Source: Candidatus Eremiobacteria bacterium
GTDB lineage: Bacteria; Vulcanimicrobiota; Vulcanimicrobiia; Vulcanimicrobiales; Vulcanimicrobiaceae
Reading direction: 5' to 3'
NCBI GenBank assembly: GCA_963758295.1
Contig: CAVWUU010000001.1
Span: 96,001 to 160,000 of the forward strand
Length of the DNA stretch: 64,000 nt
Shown here: piece by piece, positions 57,640 through 64,000 of the stretch
Numbering within the stretch: the first letter of the stretch is position 1
Layout: each line of letters opens with the position of its first letter
Translations under genes and position numbers: made by a program
Notes under the pieces: model-generated
The model's database searches: none
The model's input: the letters and a program-made list of their open reading frames with translations, nothing else
What the model was told of the DNA's origin: nothing

Positions 57640-57645
57640 GAGAAT

Positions 57646-58062
57646 ATGGCGCAAACGGCGGTTCTTGGAATCGAAGAAGCCTCGGCGATCCTGCGGAGTA
57701 GTGATCGCGCTTCGCGCCCGGCGTTGAACGCGTTCACCGCGATTGCCGATGAGTGGGATCTCACACCCAGGCAGCGCCAGAACATTCTGGGGCTCGCGCC
57801 GTCAACGTACTACGCGTATCTCAAGCGTCCTGAAAGCGCGCGGCTCTCGCCCGACACTTTGGAACGCATTTCGTACGTCCTCGGCATCTTCAAAGCGCTA
57901 CGGATCCTCTTGCCGAGGCGCGACGCGCGCATCGCCTGGCTGCACAATTCGAACGCCGATCCCGAATTTGCCGCGGCATCGCCCCTTGCGATCCTGACAG
58001 CCGGCAAAGTAGCAAATCTTTACCGCGTGCGGCGATATTTGGACGGCCAGCGCGGGTGGTAA
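57646..58062 (+). CDS. Xre/MbcA/ParS-family antitoxin
   Basis: HTH (WDLTPRQRQNILG), LERISYVLGIFKALRIL, W…N..F…P, VRRYLDGQRG. Confidence 0.92.
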   Translation: MAQTAVLGIEEASAILRSSDRASRPALNAFTAIADEWDLTPRQRQNILGLAPSTYYAYLKRPESARLSPDTLERISYVLGIFKALRILLPRRDARIAWLHNSNADPEFAAASPLAILTAGKVANLYRVRRYLDGQRGW

Positions 58063-58742
58063 CCCGCCTGACGTGGCGGACGGCATATCGCATTATTCCA
58101 TCGCTCTATCCCGTAGCCGGCATCTTCGACGACGTAACGAATCCAGCCGACCTCCAAGTGATCCTCGAGCTCGAAGCCGCGACGAACCCGCGCGTCCTCG
58201 ATGAAGCGGGAGAACTGGCAATGGTGCGGCCCGAGGATCGCATCGCCGGCGTGGGCGCGACGCCGGTAATGGCGGCGTTTACGCACACGATGGCAAGCCG
58301 CTTTTCCGACGGCACCTATGGCGTTTTCTACGCGGCGCACGATGAGCCGACGGCAATAGCGGAGACGGCGTATCATCGCGCGCGTTTCTTGCGCAACGCC
58401 GGACTGCGCAGCGAGATCGTTCAGATGCGCGTGTATCGCGCAAGCATCGATGGAACCTTCAACGACGTTCGCGGCAAATCGACGCGCGCCGCGATCTACG
58501 CGCCGAATTCCTACGAGGCGTCGCAGCGCTACGCGCGCCCGCTCTATCTGAAGAATGCCGTAGACGGCATCGTGTATCGCAGTGTTCGCCGGAGGGAGGG
58601 CGAGTGCGTTGCCGTTTTTCGGCCGCGTCGTGTGCGGTCATGTAACGTTTTGCGGCACTTAGAGTACCGTTTCGAAGACTTTGAATTAACCGCCGTGCTC
58701 GCCGTCGACGACGTCACGAACGAAAATAGAACGAACCGGTAA
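58056..58742 (+). CDS. RES-domain toxin (NAD+ phosphorylase family)
   Basis: AYRII (R), SRFSDGTYGVFYAA, IAET (E), GIVYRSVR (S); overlaps the antitoxin gene. Confidence 0.93.
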   Translation: MVTRLTWRTAYRIIPSLYPVAGIFDDVTNPADLQVILELEAATNPRVLDEAGELAMVRPEDRIAGVGATPVMAAFTHTMASRFSDGTYGVFYAAHDEPTAIAETAYHRARFLRNAGLRSEIVQMRVYRASIDGTFNDVRGKSTRAAIYAPNSYEASQRYARPLYLKNAVDGIVYRSVRRREGECVAVFRPRRVRSCNVLRHLEYRFEDFELTAVLAVDDVTNENRTNR

Positions 58743-58973
58743 CTGGAGTTTCAAACGACGTAGGTCTTTGTGTGGACCCGCTAGTCTTTTGGTCCCGGTG
58801 CGCTAGGAACTACTTTTTGTTGTAACAATTTGTGCGCATGTTAGCGTGCTACGCTTCTGTTGCACGCGTGTCTTTCTCAGGGTGTTTCGGTTCGAATCAC
58901 TAGGCTGCGTTTGGGACGCAGCTGTGTTTCGTATTGTTCCGTGACGCTGGAATGTTTCTTCATTGGAGGCCTC

Positions 58974-60074
58974 TTGAAACTACACAAATTGCTCGTCGCG
59001 TCGGCCATCGTGGGCAGCATGTCGCTTGCCGCATGCGGTGGCGGCGGCGGGACCGGCGCACCGGGCGCGGTTCCGACAACGAATCCCTCAAAGCCGACGC
59101 AGCAAGCTACGGCAAAGTCGACGCTGACGATGCGCGTCCCGCTGAATTTCTCCGGCGGTAAGAAGGGGCCGTCGCTGCGAAACTCCGGCGCTATCAGACC
59201 GATGTTCGTCGACGGCAACAGCAACGGTACCGTTAACGTCTACTTCGACGGTACGAGCGTTCTGAATTTCTCCTCGAACGGATCGCCGGGCGCTGGCCCG
59301 TCCGGAAGTGCCAATCTCTCAAACGGCGGCTCGTTTACGTGGACGTCGGCCATTAGTCTCGTCGGCAATCAGCCCGTCGCAACGATCACGGCGAATTACG
59401 CGACGGTTCCAGGTTTGCACACGATCGGTGCCGTGCAGCTTGACGGCGCGTGCGTCGGCCCCGATCCGTGCATTCCGAATACGGATGGCTACGTGCTTGC
59501 CGAAGGGCAGACCACGCAGGTTCTGCAATCGGGCAGCAACGGCAACGCCAATCTCTACATGCGCGGCGTGATGGAGTCGGCCTACGTTTGCGATCCGGGC
59601 TGCACCGGTCAGAATCTCAGCGTGGACGGGCAGGGCTACTACGACCTGTATGTCGTCGTTGCGGACGAAAACGGAACGGCAATTACGCATCAGTTCGAAG
59701 ATGATGGAACGACGCCCGTTCCGTTCGACAATGGGAGCTACACGATCGCCGAGCAGAATCCGCAGGGCAACAACGGCACCGGCATTCTGTCGATCGACAA
59801 ACCGGGACCCTTCACGGCGCCTGGAACCGACCGCGCGAGCGGCGGGTATGGCGTCGATATCAAAGTGAAGTGCGTGCACACCGGTACGACGACGCTTGCG
59901 GCGGTACTGGATGCGACCGGCGGAACGCCGGGCGTTCCGGTGGCCGGTTTCACGTACACGGCAAATAACTATCCGTCGGCCAATATGGTGCTCGGATCGG
60001 TTGGTTCCGACATCTATTACGGCAACCAGCTGGCGTTGAATTGCGACGCCTCGGGAACCCTGACCATTCAGTAA
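58974..60074 (+). CDS. Lipoprotein of unknown function, Cys-containing beta protein
   Basis: TTG start after GGAGG; SLAAC lipobox followed by GGGGG. Confidence 0.85.
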   Translation: MKLHKLLVASAIVGSMSLAACGGGGGTGAPGAVPTTNPSKPTQQATAKSTLTMRVPLNFSGGKKGPSLRNSGAIRPMFVDGNSNGTVNVYFDGTSVLNFSSNGSPGAGPSGSANLSNGGSFTWTSAISLVGNQPVATITANYATVPGLHTIGAVQLDGACVGPDPCIPNTDGYVLAEGQTTQVLQSGSNGNANLYMRGVMESAYVCDPGCTGQNLSVDGQGYYDLYVVVADENGTAITHQFEDDGTTPVPFDNGSYTIAEQNPQGNNGTGILSIDKPGPFTAPGTDRASGGYGVDIKVKCVHTGTTTLAAVLDATGGTPGVPVAGFTYTANNYPSANMVLGSVGSDIYYGNQLALNCDASGTLTIQ

Positions 60075-60097
60075 CCTGGGTCAACGGAATCCTCGAT

Positions 60098-60129
60098 AAA
60101 GCTCCGGCTCGTAACGAGCCGGAGCTTTT
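60098..60129 (+). terminator. Intrinsic terminator
   Basis: AAAGCTCCGGCTCG-TAA-CGAGCCGGAGCTTTT. Confidence 0.85.
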
Positions 60130-60189
60130 GCGTGCCATAAGGCCCGCTTGACCCGTGCTGCGCTTCGCGCTACGAAAGAAAACGAAGCC

Positions 60190-63100
60190 ATGGGATCGGG
60201 AACACTTCGTATCTTTCTTTTTGGCGAACCGCGATTCGAATATGCGAACGAATCGTGGAAATTCAATGCGCCCCCGAAGACGTTACCTCTGCTCGCCTAT
60301 CTCTTGCTCCACCGCTCGGCACCGGTACAGCGCGAGCGGCTTGCAACGGCGTTGTGGGCCGATGAAGAGCCCGCCCGTTCTCAGGCAAACCTGCGGCGGC
60401 ACATTCACTATTTGAACAAGGCTTTGCCGGTGGGCGACGCGCCGTGGCTACTCACCAACCCAAAGAGCATCGGCTGGAATACCGCTGCTCCCTATTGGCT
60501 CGATGTCGACGCGTTCGAACTTGCAAGCAATGACGCCGCCGTTCGAGGCCGCGCGGTTCGCCTCTACGCCGGCGATTTATTCGAGCGGTGCGCCGAGGAA
60601 TGGATGGACTTCGACCGCGAGCGACTGCGCACGCTGCAGCTCTCCAACTTGAAACGGCTTTGCGTTGAAGCACGCGAGCGAAATGCCTATCTTGAAGCGC
60701 TGCAATATGCCCAGCTGATGCTTGTCGCCGATCCTTGGCGTGAGGATGCCGTTCGGGTCATCATGGAAATTCGGCTGCTGTTGCACGACCGGGCCGGCGC
60801 CATTGAAGAGTACGAATCGTTCGCGCAGCGGCTGCGCGACGAATTAAACACCCAGCCGCTTGAGGAGTCTACTCGGCTCTACAACGATATCTGTGAAGGG
60901 CGTGCGTCAATCGACTCGCACGGCGCGGCGCAGGAACGTGCTATGATCGGACGCCGCAATGAGAGTGCGACGCTGCTCGACGAATGGCAACGCGCAGCGC
61001 GCGGCGAGGGCCGCGTGTTGTTCGTTGGTGGAGAAGCGGGGATCGGCAAGAGCACCTTGCTGGAATCGTTATGCGAGCGCGTGGTACGGGAAGGCGCGAT
61101 CGTGTTAAAAGCCTTTGCGGCGGAGCAAGAGAATGCGCCGTACGCGAGTTTTGCTCAGCTAGTGCGCGAAGCGGCGGCTCAGACCGGCGAAGAGGCGATC
61201 GACGTGCGCGCGGGAGCCGCGCTGGCACACCTTGTCCCGGAGCTTTCTCCGCTGCCGGCAAAGGACGACGGTGCGAGCGAAGAAGGACGCCTGCAGTTGT
61301 TTAACGCCGTTGCGAATCTCACGCAAGCCGTTGCCGATCGTGCGCCTCTGTTGATTGCATTCGAAGATGCGCATCTTGCCGGCAATGCGACTCTCGAGCT
61401 TCTTTCCTACCTCGCGCTTCGCGTACTGGACCGGCGCGTCTTAATCGTGGTGACGTATCGGGAGTTCGAAGTTGGAAGAGTCCATCCGTTGCGAAAATTG
61501 CGCCGGCGTCTCTCATCAACGCGGAGATTGACGTCCGTCGCTCTAAGCGCTCTCGATCGCGATGATGCCGGTGCCCTTGTTCAAGCCAGAGTTCCGTATT
61601 TACTGGAAAGCAAGGTCGTCGACAGCCTGTATCGGCGCAGCGGCGGAAATCCGCTGTTCATGATCGAGATCGTTCGTGAAGCGGCTGAAGCCGGATTCGA
61701 TGCTATTCCGGAATCGGTTGCAGAGATCGTTCGCCGCCGGCTGGACCGGCTCGACACAATTCCCCGCGAAGTCTTAGCGCTGGCGTCGGTTGCGGGAACG
61801 TCGTGTTCGTTCGAATTGCTCGGCGCAGTTGCCGGTCTTCCGGAAGCGGAATTGACCGTGACGGTAGATCGCCTGGTGCAATCGCACTTCCTTCGTTTCA
61901 ATGCAATGACGAATGAAGTCGCGTTTGTGCACGGAGTCATTCATCAGGCAATTTACGACACGATCGAGGAGCGGCCCCGGCGAGCCGCACACGCCCGGCT
62001 GGCGATCGCGATGCGCGATTTATGGGGCGCCCAGGGAGCCGCTGCGTCAATAGCGCGGCACTTTGAATTGGGCGACATGCGGCAGGATGCCGGCGCCGCG
62101 CATGTCGTTGCAGCGGAGGCGGCGCTTCGCGTGTACGCGTTGGACGAATCCGAAGAGCACGCGCTTCGCGCCTGTGCAAACGAGCCCGACCGTGAGAGCC
62201 GATTTCGTGCCGTTCGCGTGCTCGAAACGATCAGCGGGGTACGGGCCGATGCGGCGCAACAGAAAACCTATGTTGACGCTTTGCTCGAACTCAGTACGCA
62301 TCTCCCGGCGACATACCGTGCGGAAGCGTTAATGCGTGCGGCGGACTTTTCCGCCGGCTATCGCGATGGACAGCACGAGGCCGCGCTCCGCGCCTTGGAA
62401 GCCTTTGTAACGGGCGAGCCGGCATTCGCCGCGGACTACCAGCTGCGATTTGGCGAGTATCTTTCACGTAGCGGTGAGCTTCGCGCATCGTTGGAACCGT
62501 TGCGGGCCGCGCTGGAATTCTATAGCAAGCACGGCAAGATCGAAGCGGCAATCCGTACCATCGCCGTGCTCTATGCGACGTCAATCTATTTGGGAGAACC
62601 GGTAGAGTTCTTCGAGCGCGAGCTGGAAAGCGTACGGGAGCGAGTTTCAAGCGCCGCCGACGCAAGGATTCGCGGTCGGCTCGCGCAATTGCGCAGCGGC
62701 GCATTATTGGATAAAGATCCCGGCGCGGCGTATGCCGCCGCCCTCGAAGTCCTTGCGTTTGCAGACGAGACCGACGATCTCGCCCTTTGCACGGCCGGAC
62801 ATCGTGCGGCCGCCGCCTCCTCGATCAGACAAATGGAGTTGGGAAAGGCCCTCCGTCACCTAAGGGAATGCGAAGAACTGGTGACAACGAACGGGCGCCC
62901 ACGCGATCTGGCTCACGTACGATCGTGGCAAGTTCTGTACGAAAACCGCTGCGGCGGGTTCGACCGCGCCATAGCGCTCGGCGAAGAAGGCATCGCGATT
63001 GCGGACCGCGCGCGAGCGCTTGAATTGCGGACGATCATTGAGAGCAATATCGCAATAAGCCTGAAATGGTCGCACCGGCTAGATCGCGCCGAGGCAGCGA

Positions 63101-63630
63101 TCTCCAGCGCGATTTACGCGAACGAAACACTCTCGCGGCGCAGTTCTTCCATGCTGAGCGTGTTGGCGGAAATTCGCATCGCTAAAGGGTTTCTCGACGA
63201 AGGAATCGCGTTGCTGGAAGAGTCCGTTCGCATTCGATTGCCCCAAAGCGATGCGCTGGGCGTTGCCTCCGTGCACGAGCCGCTCGTGCTCGGTCTTGCG
63301 TACGTCGCGGCCGGCCGCACGAAAGACGCGAAGCGATGTGCCGGCCGGATTCTTAGCGCAATGGACCGGTACGAGGCCTATTACTTTCATCCGCAAGCTT
63401 ATCTATGGGCTGCAAGCCGGTTCCTTAGCTTCTTCGGATATGCCGAAGCGGAAGAGTTCCGTGCCGCCGCCAGGCGCCGTTATAGCGCCATTCTTGCCGG
63501 GATCGACGATGCAGATGCGCAACGGTCGTTCCGCGACTTCGTCTTCAACAGGCTTATCGTTGAGGACGTCCGCGTCGAAGATCCGCATTGCGTGTGGTTC
63601 TCTCCCGGTGATTTGCGGAGCCCTGCATAA
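60190..63630 (+). CDS. SARP/AfsR-like regulator: wHTH-BTAD + AAA/STAND ATPase + TPR
   Basis: LLAYLLL…RERLATALW, BTAD (YAGDL…DPWRE), Walker A GEAGIGKS, Walker B AFEDAH, SGGNPLF, C-terminal helical repeats. Confidence 0.92.
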   Translation: MGSGTLRIFLFGEPRFEYANESWKFNAPPKTLPLLAYLLLHRSAPVQRERLATALWADEEPARSQANLRRHIHYLNKALPVGDAPWLLTNPKSIGWNTAAPYWLDVDAFELASNDAAVRGRAVRLYAGDLFERCAEEWMDFDRERLRTLQLSNLKRLCVEARERNAYLEALQYAQLMLVADPWREDAVRVIMEIRLLLHDRAGAIEEYESFAQRLRDELNTQPLEESTRLYNDICEGRASIDSHGAAQERAMIGRRNESATLLDEWQRAARGEGRVLFVGGEAGIGKSTLLESLCERVVREGAIVLKAFAAEQENAPYASFAQLVREAAAQTGEEAIDVRAGAALAHLVPELSPLPAKDDGASEEGRLQLFNAVANLTQAVADRAPLLIAFEDAHLAGNATLELLSYLALRVLDRRVLIVVTYREFEVGRVHPLRKLRRRLSSTRRLTSVALSALDRDDAGALVQARVPYLLESKVVDSLYRRSGGNPLFMIEIVREAAEAGFDAIPESVAEIVRRRLDRLDTIPREVLALASVAGTSCSFELLGAVAGLPEAELTVTVDRLVQSHFLRFNAMTNEVAFVHGVIHQAIYDTIEERPRRAAHARLAIAMRDLWGAQGAAASIARHFELGDMRQDAGAAHVVAAEAALRVYALDESEEHALRACANEPDRESRFRAVRVLETISGVRADAAQQKTYVDALLELSTHLPATYRAEALMRAADFSAGYRDGQHEAALRALEAFVTGEPAFAADYQLRFGEYLSRSGELRASLEPLRAALEFYSKHGKIEAAIRTIAVLYATSIYLGEPVEFFERELESVRERVSSAADARIRGRLAQLRSGALLDKDPGAAYAAALEVLAFADETDDLALCTAGHRAAAASSIRQMELGKALRHLRECEELVTTNGRPRDLAHVRSWQVLYENRCGGFDRAIALGEEGIAIADRARALELRTIIESNIAISLKWSHRLDRAEAAISSAIYANETLSRRSSSMLSVLAEIRIAKGFLDEGIALLEESVRIRLPQSDALGVASVHEPLVLGLAYVAAGRTKDAKRCAGRILSAMDRYEAYYFHPQAYLWAASRFLSFFGYAEAEEFRAAARRRYSAILAGIDDADAQRSFRDFVFNRLIVEDVRVEDPHCVWFSPGDLRSPA

Positions 63631-63979
63631 AAACGACCTTCCACCTTCGCCGTTGAAGCGCAGCGGCGAATAGCAGATACCCCGTATGGACTGGAAGGGC
63701 GCCCGGTTCTTGCAATGCGTGCCCGCGCATGCTCCACACGGCATTCACGATCGCGCACGACCGGTTGATAAAACGAATCGCAGCAACGGTGATGCGAAGG
63801 TCGCTTTTTGCGAGGGTAGTTGCGAACGTTTCCCGGTAAAAAGCAGCAATTGCATCGCGTCCTTGAAGCGTCACACCGCTGACGTCGATCACCTCGGCGT
63901 CAGCGGTGTAGAGCTCGCACAGGGCTTCGGCATCGTGCATATTCCACGCTCGCTCGAAGAACGTCGTGAGTTCTTCCAC
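63554..63979 (-). CDS. SgcJ/EcaC (DUF4440, NTF2-like) domain protein; may extend past the window edge
   Basis: AWNMHDAEAL..LYTADA…GRDAI; the frame stays open to base 64000. Confidence 0.8.
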   Translation of the reverse strand: MEELTTFFERAWNMHDAEALCELYTADAEVIDVSGVTLQGRDAIAAFYRETFATTLAKSDLRITVAAIRFINRSCAIVNAVWSMRGHALQEPGALPVHTGYLLFAAALQRRRWKVVFMQGSANHRERTTRNADLRRGRPQR

Positions 63980-64000
63980 TCGAGCGCGAAGCGCGCCGGT

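Noticed and set aside
56293..64000. Integrated mobile element after trpS
   Set aside because: No integrase, transposase, att-like repeat or tRNA is visible; only accessory-type gene content.

Overview
Chromosomal replication-origin region of a GC-rich diderm bacterium. The gene set suggests a Terrabacteria lineage, tentatively Vulcanimicrobiota/Eremiobacterota; this is inferred from gene content only. Left of oriC, mostly on the minus strand: a PAS-GGDEF-EAL gene, recR-ybaB-dnaX, recQ, a heavily frameshifted secreted protein, an OMP/TPR/GT4/ChW unit, a large envelope cluster (tamB-bamA-3x skp-lpxD-lpxC-fabZ-lpxA-lpxB-metallophosphoesterase-lpxB-like-O-antigen ligase-lptC-lptB-lptF/G-DUF3084-yqgF-like), then gyrB-dciA-recF-dnaN-dnaA. 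oriC looks bipartite, with DnaA boxes on both sides of dnaA and a box-trio-AT unwinding module. Right of oriC, mostly on the plus strand: rpmH-rnpA-yidD-yidC-jag, mnmE, mnmG-rsmG, a small LAGLIDADG-fold gene, cca-parA-parB-thiE-thiD, trpS, then an accessory islet (two lipoproteins, an Xre-RES toxin-antitoxin pair, a BTAD-AAA-TPR regulator). Best leads: (1) a free-standing single-motif LAGLIDADG gene bracketed by 29-bp parS-containing inverted repeats and heading the cca-parAB run; (2) a cytoplasmic metallophosphoesterase with a GNRE motif directly after lpxB, a candidate replacement for LpxH/LpxI; (3) a Trp-Trp leader-peptide attenuator in front of trpS; (4) REP/MITE-like repeats in the dnaN-recF and gyrB-tamB spacers. 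Several single-base frameshifts, including one in lptB, are probably assembly errors. No rRNA, tRNA or CRISPR array was seen.
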